Below, one piece after another: positions 43,810 to 52,132 of a DNA stretch of 64,000 nucleotides. Source of the DNA: Gammaproteobacteria bacterium. Its GTDB lineage: Bacteria; Pseudomonadota; Gammaproteobacteria; Eutrophobiales; Eutrophobiaceae. The stretch spans positions 1,760,001 through 1,824,000 of the forward strand of contig CBDCDS010000003.1 in NCBI GenBank assembly GCA_965215365.1. Direction: 5' to 3'. The position numbers were made by a program, and so were the translations under genes. Position 1 is the first letter of the stretch. Each line of letters opens with the position of its first letter. The notes below the pieces were generated by a model. It was given only the letters and a program-made list of their open reading frames with translations. It searched no databases and was not told where the DNA came from.

Positions 43810-45212
43810 AGTATTTTCCAATACTGGAATGAGCCTGAAGTAGAGAGAGTCTGCCCCGATCTCAAGCCCGTTTGTATTCCTGTTCATGGATGGTGGTAAA
43901 GAGGGCCCGGCGCGCCTGTTGTAGGGCGTCCGCGGCCGCGTTGTCGCTGACTCGGTAAGCGACCTTATCCAGTATCTCAAAGCTTAAGTCCGGTTTCAAA
44001 CAGGTCTGGGCATCATCCAAGGATTTAAGTTTTTCATAGGGGGTCATGAGGTTCTTGTAGGGGTAACGCTTGCGTTGTTTCCCTTTGTTGTCGGTGATGG
44101 TTTGTGGAAACAGGCAGGGTCGGTGGTAGTTGACATAGGGGTTGAGGTGCTGGCGGTGGAAGTCGTTCAACGGGCCGGCCCAGCGGCGCGGGATGTGGGC
44201 GTGGCCTAAGAGCTTGCGCACCACGTGTCCGTTTTTGCATTCCACCAGGGCGTTGTCGTTGCTGTGCCGGGGGCGGGACTTGGTCAGTTCGATACGCAGC
44301 TTCTCTAACAGTTGGGCCACCTGTTTATTGATGTACTCCGAGCCGTTGTCGGCATGGAAGCCCAGGAGGACAAAGGGGAACGCATCAAGCAGGTATTCAA
44401 GTGCCGGGATGAGGTAGACCTCGGTGATGCGCTCGACGCTGACGACCACTTCAAACTGGGTCACCTCATCGACCGCATTGATGTGATAGACCCCTTTTTC
44501 ACCGTCTAAATCGCCCTGATGCACGGTATCGATGCGGATATAACCGCAGCGCCCGTCCGGCTGCGGTTTGCGCCGTACACCGATCTCACGCACCACCGGG
44601 CGGGTCTTGTCTATCGTGTGGCGCTGACGTTGGTAGGTCTTCGAGCGCCGTAAGTTGTACAGGTGCGAGACCGAGATCCCGGCCAAGCGTTCATACTCGA
44701 CCTGACCGAACACCTGATAGGCTCGCTCACAGAGCTTCTTTAGGGTCAACCCATTCGGGGTATTGTGGCGCTCGTCCATGGCCGCTAGCAGGCGGATATC
44801 GGCCTTCGTGTAGCGTCGGACAAAGCCCCGCGCCGTACACTGGCGCACCGCTAACGTACCGGTCTCCCGGTAGCGCCCAATCAGCCGCTTGACCTGTGCC
44901 CGGGAATACCCGCTCACCTTCATCAGGTACGCCGTGAGCGCCCCTTTGTCCGCCTTGCTGCAGCCCAGGTAATCAAACGTCACCAGGGTGCGCCGTATCC
45001 AGTCATACCGACTCTGCTTGTCGCTGGCAACCTCAAACATCACCCGCTGGGTCCCGGCCAGAAAATCGCGCACCTGCTCAATACGCGTTAAGTCATTCGC
45101 ATTCATGATCGTTTTCATCCTCGTATCATGAACGGGAATACCGGCTCGTTCAGGCTCATTTCATGTTGGAATCACACCCGCCCTTCAGGCTCATTTCATA
45201 TTGGAAAATACT
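43810..45212 (-). mobile_element. Intact 1403-bp insertion sequence with ~29-bp terminal inverted repeats and a 5-bp target duplication (CCCGT)
   Basis: Left end AGTATTTTCCAATACTGGAATGAGCCTGAA; right end TTCAGGCTCATTTCATATTGGAAAATACT; CCCGT at 43805-09 and 45213-17; extra subterminal IR copy at ~45149-45175. Confidence 0.9.
43862..45118 (-). CDS. DDE (rve/integrase-core) transposase
   Basis: YIRIDTVHQGD, INAVDEVTQ, FHADNGSEYIN, SRP..SNDNALVECKN, VNYHRP. Confidence 0.9.
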   Translation of the reverse strand: MKTIMNANDLTRIEQVRDFLAGTQRVMFEVASDKQSRYDWIRRTLVTFDYLGCSKADKGALTAYLMKVSGYSRAQVKRLIGRYRETGTLAVRQCTARGFVRRYTKADIRLLAAMDERHNTPNGLTLKKLCERAYQVFGQVEYERLAGISVSHLYNLRRSKTYQRQRHTIDKTRPVVREIGVRRKPQPDGRCGYIRIDTVHQGDLDGEKGVYHINAVDEVTQFEVVVSVERITEVYLIPALEYLLDAFPFVLLGFHADNGSEYINKQVAQLLEKLRIELTKSRPRHSNDNALVECKNGHVVRKLLGHAHIPRRWAGPLNDFHRQHLNPYVNYHRPCLFPQTITDNKGKQRKRYPYKNLMTPYEKLKSLDDAQTCLKPDLSFEILDKVAYRVSDNAAADALQQARRALFTTIHEQEYKRA

Positions 45213-45217
45213 CCCGT

Positions 45218-45246
45218 GTGACTTAAGCGCGCAGCTACAGTATAAT
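45218..45246 (+). promoter_or_regulatory. Putative sigma70 promoter immediately outside the IS end
   Basis: GTGACT-N17-TATAAT, upstream of the gene at 45293. Confidence 0.5.
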
Positions 45247-45292
45247 AGTCCGGTAACGCTGCTGCAGCGCCGTTTTCGATAATGAGCATGAC

Positions 45293-46348
45293 ATGAACAA
45301 AGGTACAGGAATAAGTTCTCTCCACCCGCGTTGCCTGCAAATTTCCCAGGTGCATAAGGATACGTTGCACTTCCTGTTCCTTGCCAAACACGCGCTCGGC
45401 AACGGCTTGCCCGATGCTGAAGATGGTAACCACGCAGTGTACCATTATGACATTCTACAAAAACTGCGCGGCATCGGTCTGCGGGTCACGCCGGCGAATA
45501 CGTTTGAGGCGTTGTACGGCAAGCCTGATTTTGATTTTTTGATCACGCTGTTCAACCGCGCCGGTTTCAGGAACAGCGAAATGTTTGCGCCGCTGTTCGG
45601 TGAGTATCATCGCATTCCTTACCTGGGCGGCTCCCCTATTGTGCGCGGGGTCTCCGATGATAAACATGTGACCAAACGCATCGTGCAGGCCTTAGGGATT
45701 GCTACGCTGCCGTGGAAGTATTACCCCATGGGCGGCCTGGATAATGCCGCGCCTGAGTTTGGCGCCGACTTTCACGGCCATGCGTTCATCGTCAAGCCCA
45801 ACGCCAGTTCCGGCTCCTGGGGCGTGCGCCAGCTGGCCTGCCGGAATGAAGCGGCGCGGCATATTGCGGAACTGCACGGACAGGGCCATGATGTGCTCGT
45901 CGAGCCCTGCATCGACGGCGCCGACTTTGCCATACCCGTCATCGGCGCGCGCCAGCCGTGGATGCTGCCGATCATCCAGTACCAGTACGCCCAAGGCAAC
46001 ATGCGTACCTACGAGCAGAAGCGCGGCCTGCTGCATGAACATACCCCAACCGAGTGTGTGACGCTGCATGATGAGCGTCTGGAGCAGCGGTTCCACCCGC
46101 TGTGCCGGCAGATTATCGCCGAGTTCTGGCCGTTCGACCACGCCCGCATCGAATTTCGGGTGGACGCACGCACCGGCAAGGCCTATTTCATCGAAATCAA
46201 CCTGAACTGCAACCTGGCCGCAGATAAAGCCATTGCTGTCAGTGCCGCCAGCCTGGGCGTCAGCCACGAGCAGCTGATCGAGACGGTTATCTGTAACAGC
46301 TTGCTGCGCCAAGGCGTCATTAACGAGGTTGAAACGATTGCGGCCTGA
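45293..46348 (+). CDS. Atypical ATP-grasp ligase (D-Ala-D-Ala ligase-like fold, divergent N-terminus)
   Basis: IPYLGG...DDK..TK, FIVKPNASSGSWGV, VLVEP, ARIEFR, YFIEIN.NCNL; lacks the Ddl GG.S.E..VS and HG..GEDG motifs. Confidence 0.75.
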   Translation: MNKGTGISSLHPRCLQISQVHKDTLHFLFLAKHALGNGLPDAEDGNHAVYHYDILQKLRGIGLRVTPANTFEALYGKPDFDFLITLFNRAGFRNSEMFAPLFGEYHRIPYLGGSPIVRGVSDDKHVTKRIVQALGIATLPWKYYPMGGLDNAAPEFGADFHGHAFIVKPNASSGSWGVRQLACRNEAARHIAELHGQGHDVLVEPCIDGADFAIPVIGARQPWMLPIIQYQYAQGNMRTYEQKRGLLHEHTPTECVTLHDERLEQRFHPLCRQIIAEFWPFDHARIEFRVDARTGKAYFIEINLNCNLAADKAIAVSAASLGVSHEQLIETVICNSLLRQGVINEVETIAA

Positions 46349-46350
46349 AC

Positions 46351-47172
46351 ATGCCGGAACCCCCTGACCTACCCGCCGCGGCGGCTCCTCCGGCTTATAC
46401 CGTGCTGCTGCTCGCTGCGCAGCGCCGTGGCCGCGACCCGCTGTCAGCCCTGACCGGCGCTCGACACAAGTGCCTGCTCGACCTCCACGGCCGCCCCATG
46501 ATCGCCTGGGTACTGGACACCTTGCTGGCTGCGCCCATGGTCAGGCAGATACTCATATCCATTGAGGACGCCGCCGTGCTGGATGGCGTTCCCGAAGCCG
46601 CAGCTGCGCGAGTACAGGTCATCGCCAGTGCCGACAACCTCTATGCCAGCGTCGAACGTGCACTGACCGCCGCCGGCAACTATCCGGCGCTGATCACTAC
46701 GGCCGACAACCCGTTGCTCAGCGTGGAAATGTTGACGCATTTCTGCCATGAACTGGAGCGGCGTCAGTCCGATGCCGCAGCAACAATGACCCGGGCCGGA
46801 TTGATGCGGGCAAAATACCCGGAAGGTCAGCGGCGCTTCTATGCGTTCCGGGATGACGAATATTCAAACTGTAACCTCTATGCGCTGGCTAATGCCCGCG
46901 CCCTGCGCGCGGCCAGAATCTTTCAACACGGCGGGCAGTTCAGAAAAAAAATTACCCGCATCCTGCGCGCCTTCGGCCTGTCCAATTTCATCCTGTACCA
47001 ACTGCGCGCCTTGACTCTCAATGACCTCGCCGAACGCCTGTCCCGAAGTTTCGGCATCCGCGTCACCTTCATAACAATGCCCTTCCCGGAAGCCCCCATA
47101 GACGTGGACAACGAACGCACCCTTAAGGTCGCGCGTACGATTATGGGGCAACGGTTGCGGGAACCAACCTGA
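46351..47172 (+). CDS. MobA/NTP_transf_3-like nucleotidyltransferase
   Basis: LLLAAQR..RDPL...HKCLLDL.GRPMI..V, LITTADNPLL, YP...R..Y.FRD..YSNCNLY. Confidence 0.75.
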   Translation: MPEPPDLPAAAAPPAYTVLLLAAQRRGRDPLSALTGARHKCLLDLHGRPMIAWVLDTLLAAPMVRQILISIEDAAVLDGVPEAAAARVQVIASADNLYASVERALTAAGNYPALITTADNPLLSVEMLTHFCHELERRQSDAAATMTRAGLMRAKYPEGQRRFYAFRDDEYSNCNLYALANARALRAARIFQHGGQFRKKITRILRAFGLSNFILYQLRALTLNDLAERLSRSFGIRVTFITMPFPEAPIDVDNERTLKVARTIMGQRLREPT

Positions 47173-47207
47173 CCTGAGCGCACCAAATGGCCGCCGGCGC
47201 CGACCCA

Positions 47208-47585
47208 TCAAAACGGCGCAATTTTCAAGCCAAAAGTCTCAAATTGACGAAAGTCGGACACATTTGAAGTTGCGATCATCGCACCTTCAGACAGGGCAAT
47301 GGCCGCAATCATACAGTCAACAAATGTGCCACGCTGTCGTCCTGCTTCATTGAACAGGCGCGCGGCCGTAATTGCTTGCTCATCAGCGAAGTTGCTGCGG
47401 CGCCTGATGATCCCAGTTGCCAGGTTCAATTCCGAATTATTGACCGGACCGCACAGGAACTCTGCCTAGGCAACTGCGCTCATGCCGAGGGTCTCACCTG
47501 TGCCAAGCCATTCCCTGAGTTTGCGGTCTTCAGGCGAACCGCGCCTTAGCGCCCGAATCAGGAAACTGGTATCAAGGTGAATCAT
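47208..47585 (-). pseudogene. vapC: VapC/PIN toxin with an in-frame TAG at codon 40
   Basis: MIHLDTSFLI...MSAVA*AEFLCG...DCMIAAIA...IATSN..DF; stop at 47466-47468; ATGA overlap with the antitoxin. Confidence 0.85.
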
Positions 47586-47866
47586 TGGCTGCCGGGATGC
47601 AACCGCTTCCTGGTCTCTCGCCGTTCGCGTCTCAGGTTTTGTTCCCAGTCGTTGACGGTGGTTTCATCCAGGTTCAGTGCTGACTGCAAGCGCTCAAGGG
47701 CATCCAGGGCCTCACGGTCAGCAGGGGAGTGTTGCGCTGCCGTAGCCCAGATAGAGCGCTGTAATGCTTTAGACTTTGAGACGTTCCAGCGTCGCGCTAA
47801 TGCCTCCAGTGTGCGTACCGTCTCCACATCCAGCGAGTAGGTGGATTTTATAGTTGGAGTGGCCAT
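47582..47866 (-). CDS. Ribbon-helix-helix (CopG-like) antitoxin
   Basis: IKSTYSLD.ET...LE.LARRW.VSKS.AL; translationally coupled to the PIN gene. Confidence 0.8.
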   Translation of the reverse strand: MATPTIKSTYSLDVETVRTLEALARRWNVSKSKALQRSIWATAAQHSPADREALDALERLQSALNLDETTVNDWEQNLRRERRETRKRLHPGSQ

Positions 47867-47872
47867 GTTCAA

Positions 47873-47901
47873 ACTATATGGCCATATAAAAAATCTGTCA
47901 A
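47873..47901 (-). promoter_or_regulatory. Sigma70 promoter with an overlapping palindromic operator for the TA operon
   Basis: Minus strand TTGACA-N17-TATAGT; palindrome TATATGGCCATATA at 47875-47888. Confidence 0.8.
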
Positions 47902-48024
47902 GAGCTTACAGTCGGTCGATAAATCGTTGGTTGTTGCCACCGTATAAGGTAAGATGTGCGTAAGCTTTTTCTGTTCTGATAGACGAATCTTGAGTGCCAT
48001 GAGCAAAGATAACCACCTGCCCGA

Positions 48025-48087
48025 TTACCTCATAGAGAAATTAACGAAATACTGGCAAGATCTATTTTGAGAAGAGCAAAAAAATGA
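48025..48087 (+). pseudogene. C-terminal remnant of a HicA toxin
   Basis: LPHREINEILARSILRRAKK* (HicA-type H.EI.E.LA..I tail); stop overlaps the ATG of the HicB-like gene. Confidence 0.65.
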
Positions 48088-48503
48088 AATTTCAAGGCAA
48101 AGCATTTAAGAGTGGCAAATTCTGGTTGGCGGAAATTCCATTCCTTGAGCTGATGACCCAGGGGCGAACGAAAAAAGAACTGCTACTGATGGTCGAAGAT
48201 CTGTTTATTGCCCTGGCAGACAAAAAAGGATTTGAGGTACATGTCAAATGCTCCACCGATGGAACTCTTGAAGTCGGTTCCAATGACAATAAGGTAATGG
48301 TAGGTTTGCTGCTAAAGCGCCAGAGGCAGTCGCACAACCTGACAGTTCGGGAAGTGGCCGAGCGTCTGGGTTCGTCATCTAGGAATGCTTATGCTCGCTA
48401 TGAACAGGGCAAAACGCTGCCCAGTATAGATAAACTTCAGGAACTGTTGAAAGCAATCGGTTCAGGTTCCGATTTGGTTATTTCACCGGCCCGAGTCGCA
48501 TAA
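48084..48503 (+). CDS. HicB-like antitoxin with C-terminal XRE HTH
   Basis: WLAEIP.L..MTQG.T..E...MV.D HicB pattern; LT.REVAERLG...YARYEQG...PS. Confidence 0.8.
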   Translation: MKFQGKAFKSGKFWLAEIPFLELMTQGRTKKELLLMVEDLFIALADKKGFEVHVKCSTDGTLEVGSNDNKVMVGLLLKRQRQSHNLTVREVAERLGSSSRNAYARYEQGKTLPSIDKLQELLKAIGSGSDLVISPARVA

Positions 48504-48508
48504 AGGCG

Positions 48509-48542
48509 CCTCTAAAAATACCACGGAGGGTATTTTTAGAGG
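48509..48542. repeat. Hairpin with ACGGAG loop (same family as 31396-31439)
   Basis: CCTCTAAAAATACC-ACGGAG-GGTATTTTTAGAGG. Confidence 0.7.
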
Positions 48543-48626
48543 TTACCTCAAGTCACTTGACAGGTATTGAGCCGGAATGACAGACTGCCGCAGACTTTCA
48601 ATACACACTGACAACCGGAGGTTTGG

Positions 48627-49748
48627 ATGAGCCGAAGTGCGCCGCCGGCAAGAGTATGTTTTGTCATACCCACTTACAACGAGGCGCCGAATATTACCCT
48701 GTTGTTGCGGCAGTTGACCGAGCTCTATCCCGGCGCGGACACCCTGTTTCTGGTGGTTGACGATGGTAGCCCTGACGGCACGGCGCAACGGGTGCGGGAG
48801 TTCATGGATGGCACCGGGGGACGGGTATTCCTGCTGGAAGGGCAAAAGCGCGGACTGGGAGATGCTTACAGGCGCGGGATGAGCCACGCCTTAGCGGTGC
48901 TGCGCGCCGATATAATCGTGCAAATGGACGCCGATTTCTCTCACGACCCCGCCGCCGCCGCGCGCTTGCTGGAGCGGATTGCTGCCGGTGCTGACGTGGC
49001 CATAGGCAGCCGCTATGTGCCCGGCGGCGCGCTGGATAAACAGTGGCCGCTACGGCGGCGTTTGCAGTCCCGTTGTGCAAACCTGCTGGCCCGCCGGGTC
49101 AGCGGCTTGCGCGGAGTCGCCGACTGCACTGCGGGGTTCAAGGCCATCAAGGCCAGCACCTTGCGCAATGCCGGTCTGGAGGATATCCGTGTCAAGGGCT
49201 ACCTGTTCCAACCGGTATTGCTGGGCCGGCTGCTGCGCGCCGGCGCCCGGGTGGTGGAGGAGCCGATTCATTTTCGCGAACGCCGGCAGGGACAAACAAA
49301 ACTGGAGCTGTCGGAAGTGCTGCGCGAGCTGTGGGTGTTACGCCACGGCAGCGCCCAATGGACGGTCGCCAAGTTTGCCGTGACCGGCCTGTCCGGCGTG
49401 TTCGTCAACCTGGGCTCTTTTCACTTGTTGCTGAATCTTGGCCTGCACAGATTTCTGGCCTCGCCGCTGGCGATATTGCTCTCCATTTTTTCGAACTTCC
49501 TGGTGAATAATTTCTGGACCTTCAACGACCGGGTAGTGGCAGGGTGCTTGCCGGCGCGGGGGCTCAAGTACCTGTTTGCTGCGTTGCTGTCGCTGCTGGC
49601 GAGTTACGCGATCTTTGTCGCCGCTTCCGTGGCCTTGCCGGAAGTGGCACCATTACTGTTGCAAGCAGCCGCTATTCCCGCCGGAGCCCTGCTCAACTAC
49701 CTGCTCAGCTCACGCTGGATATTTCGTAATGAGGCGGGCCGGAAGTGA
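48627..49748 (+). CDS. DPM1/Ppm1-like polyprenyl-phosphate glycosyl (mannosyl) transferase (GT2) fused to a GtrA-type flippase domain
   Basis: IPTYNE..NI, VVDDGSPDGT, GLG.AY, QMDADFSHDP, GSRYVPGG, DCTAGFK, F.ER..G.TK; then four TMs with KFAVTG..G..VN, NF..N..WTF and NYLL...WIF. Confidence 0.88.
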   Translation: MSRSAPPARVCFVIPTYNEAPNITLLLRQLTELYPGADTLFLVVDDGSPDGTAQRVREFMDGTGGRVFLLEGQKRGLGDAYRRGMSHALAVLRADIIVQMDADFSHDPAAAARLLERIAAGADVAIGSRYVPGGALDKQWPLRRRLQSRCANLLARRVSGLRGVADCTAGFKAIKASTLRNAGLEDIRVKGYLFQPVLLGRLLRAGARVVEEPIHFRERRQGQTKLELSEVLRELWVLRHGSAQWTVAKFAVTGLSGVFVNLGSFHLLLNLGLHRFLASPLAILLSIFSNFLVNNFWTFNDRVVAGCLPARGLKYLFAALLSLLASYAIFVAASVALPEVAPLLLQAAAIPAGALLNYLLSSRWIFRNEAGRK

Positions 49749-52120
49749 TGAATGCGGCAGATAAAATGAAGGAAATTTATTCTGTGCTGTCATCGAAAGA
49801 CGGGCGGGTGGCACTGGCACTGGGGCTGCTGACGGCACTCAGTTATTTTCCCGCCACGCAAGCCGGGTTTATCTGGGATGACGTGATTATCACCACGCTG
49901 CCCGCAGTGCGGGATTGGGGCGGATTGTGGCAGCTGTGGTTCAACCCCGGCGATGCCTACCTGCATAACGGTGTGGGTGAAGGCCATTACTGGCCGCTGA
50001 CCTACAGCAGCTTTTGGCTGGAACACAAGCTGTGGGGCTTCTCCCCGGTCGGTTACCATGTCGTCAATCTGCTGCTGCACTTCGTCAATACCCTGTTGCT
50101 GTGGCGCTTGTTGGCGCGTCTGGCCGCCCCGGCACCGTGGCTGGTGGCGGCGCTATTTGCCGTGCATCCCGTGCATGTGGAATCCGTAGTCTGGATCATT
50201 GGCCGTAAGGACTTGCTCTCATCCCTGTTTTATTTCATGGCAATCATGGCCTGGTTGCGTTTTGTTGAAACCGGACGAGCCGGGCGCTATGTCCTGTCGC
50301 TCGCATTGTTTGTGGCCGCCCTGTTGTGCAAGTCGTCGGTAGTGACCTTGCCGGCGGTGCTGCTGGTGCTGCACTGGTGGAAACAGGGGCACTTAGCGGC
50401 GCGCACCTTACTGCAGGTGGCGCCGTTTTTTGCCATCGGGCTGATGATGACCATGGCCGATTTATCGTTCTACCAGGGACGGGAACCGCTTGCCCTGGGC
50501 TATTCAATGATAGAACGTATGCAGATCGCCGCCGGTGCCCTGTGGTTTTATGCGGGGAAACTGTTGTGGCCGACCGGGCTGGCCGTGATCTACCCGCATT
50601 GGGACGTCGGTGCCACCGATTTGCAGGCTTGGGCTTACGTCATTGGCGTTGTCACCGTAGTCGTGCTGTGCTGGGGTTTGCGTCAACGGCTGGGCCGGGG
50701 GGCGCTGGCCGGTATTATTTATTTTGTCATCACGCTGGGGCCAGCGCTGGGCTTTATCGATTACGGCTACATGCAGTTTTCGTTCGTGGCTGATCGTTAC
50801 CAGTACCTCGCCGGCATCGGCCTCATGGCGTTGGTTGTCGGCACCGGTGTCGCCGGCGCAAAACGCCTTGACCTGTTAGCGGGCCGGCCCCCAACGGTTA
50901 TTGCCATCGCGGCGTTACCGTTGTTACTGCTGCTGGGCGCGCTGACCTGGAAACAAGCCGGCATTTACCGGGATGAAATGACATTTTTCAGCCACATCAT
51001 CGCGCTGAACCCGGATGCACGCCGGGTGTACCTGAACCTGGCCGCAGCGCTGAACGGGCAAGGGCGCGCGCAGGAGGCACTGACCGCCGCGCGCACCGCA
51101 GTGCAAAAAGAGCCCGATGCCGCCGACACACAAAGCACCCTGGGGTTGGCGTTGCTGAGGCTGGAGCGCTACGACGAAGCAGAACAACATCTGACCCGCG
51201 CACTGGATCTTAACCCGCGCTGGGCACCTGCCATGCAGAATATGGCTGACCTGCTGCGCCGGCAGGGGCGCTATGAGGCGGCGCTGGAAATGTTTCGGGA
51301 AACCCTGGCACTCAACCCTGACTCGGCCCTGATCCATGCCGGCATGGGCTACTGCCTGTTCCGGTTGGGCCGCTACGAAGAAACGATTGTCAGCGTCAAA
51401 CGGGCGTTTGCCATGCAGCCCGAGCTGGCGCAGACCCACCGCGACCTGTACCTGTTGCTGGAATGGGCGCTAAATGAGACCGGCCAAACAGGCGCGGCCG
51501 ACCGCCACCTAGCTGGCCGCCCTGGGCAGATAACGCTGAACGCCGATGATTATGTGCAGCTGGCCGATTCCTTCCGTTTGCAACAGGACTACACGCGCGC
51601 GCTGGCCGCCTATCGTCGCGCCCTAGAAATGGATCCCGAACACGGCACCGGTCACGCCGGCATGGGGGATGCGCTGTATCGTCTGCAACGCTACCAGGAG
51701 GCTGTTGAGGTCATGCAGCGCGCGCTGGAACTGCAACCCGAGCAGCCGTCGGCGCCGGCACTGCATTACCTCAGTGCTGAATCGTTGCGCGCCCTGGGGC
51801 GGCCACAGCAGGCCCTGGTGCATTATGAACAGGCGTTGCAGCTCAACCCGCAAATGGATGCAGCGGCCAATCGTTTGGCGGAATTACTGGTGGCACAAAA
51901 ACGTTATCAGCGCGCGCTCGAGCTCTATAAGGCGCTGGCCGACAGCAATCCTGATGATGCCAGCGCACATTCCAACGTCGGCGCGGTACTGTTTATGCTG
52001 AACAGAACCACAGAAGCATTGCCAGCGTTTGCGCGGGCGCTGTCCCTAGATCCCACCCATGAAAATGCACGCACCAACCTGGAACAGTCTAAATTACGCT
52101 TGCAACAAGAGGGTGAATAG
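49745..52120 (+). CDS. TMTC-like GT-C membrane glycosyltransferase with a C-terminal TPR array
   Basis: GFIWDD after TM1, HYWPLT, YHVVNLLLH, LFAVHPVHVESV.WI.GRKDLL, ALLCK, VADRYQYL, followed by ~380 aa of TPR repeats. Confidence 0.85.
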   Translation: MMNAADKMKEIYSVLSSKDGRVALALGLLTALSYFPATQAGFIWDDVIITTLPAVRDWGGLWQLWFNPGDAYLHNGVGEGHYWPLTYSSFWLEHKLWGFSPVGYHVVNLLLHFVNTLLLWRLLARLAAPAPWLVAALFAVHPVHVESVVWIIGRKDLLSSLFYFMAIMAWLRFVETGRAGRYVLSLALFVAALLCKSSVVTLPAVLLVLHWWKQGHLAARTLLQVAPFFAIGLMMTMADLSFYQGREPLALGYSMIERMQIAAGALWFYAGKLLWPTGLAVIYPHWDVGATDLQAWAYVIGVVTVVVLCWGLRQRLGRGALAGIIYFVITLGPALGFIDYGYMQFSFVADRYQYLAGIGLMALVVGTGVAGAKRLDLLAGRPPTVIAIAALPLLLLLGALTWKQAGIYRDEMTFFSHIIALNPDARRVYLNLAAALNGQGRAQEALTAARTAVQKEPDAADTQSTLGLALLRLERYDEAEQHLTRALDLNPRWAPAMQNMADLLRRQGRYEAALEMFRETLALNPDSALIHAGMGYCLFRLGRYEETIVSVKRAFAMQPELAQTHRDLYLLLEWALNETGQTGAADRHLAGRPGQITLNADDYVQLADSFRLQQDYTRALAAYRRALEMDPEHGTGHAGMGDALYRLQRYQEAVEVMQRALELQPEQPSAPALHYLSAESLRALGRPQQALVHYEQALQLNPQMDAAANRLAELLVAQKRYQRALELYKALADSNPDDASAHSNVGAVLFMLNRTTEALPAFARALSLDPTHENARTNLEQSKLRLQQEGE

Positions 52121-52132
52121 AGAGAATAGAGT

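Noticed and set aside
43780-45250. IS targeting of a dif/xrs site, as in some IS1202-family elements
   Set aside because: No XerC/XerD-like 28-bp site is visible on either flank.
47466-47468. Recoding (pyrrolysine or amber readthrough) of the vapC TAG
   Set aside because: No pyl genes or supporting signals, and TAG is used as a normal stop throughout the window. A TGG-to-TAG mutation is simpler.
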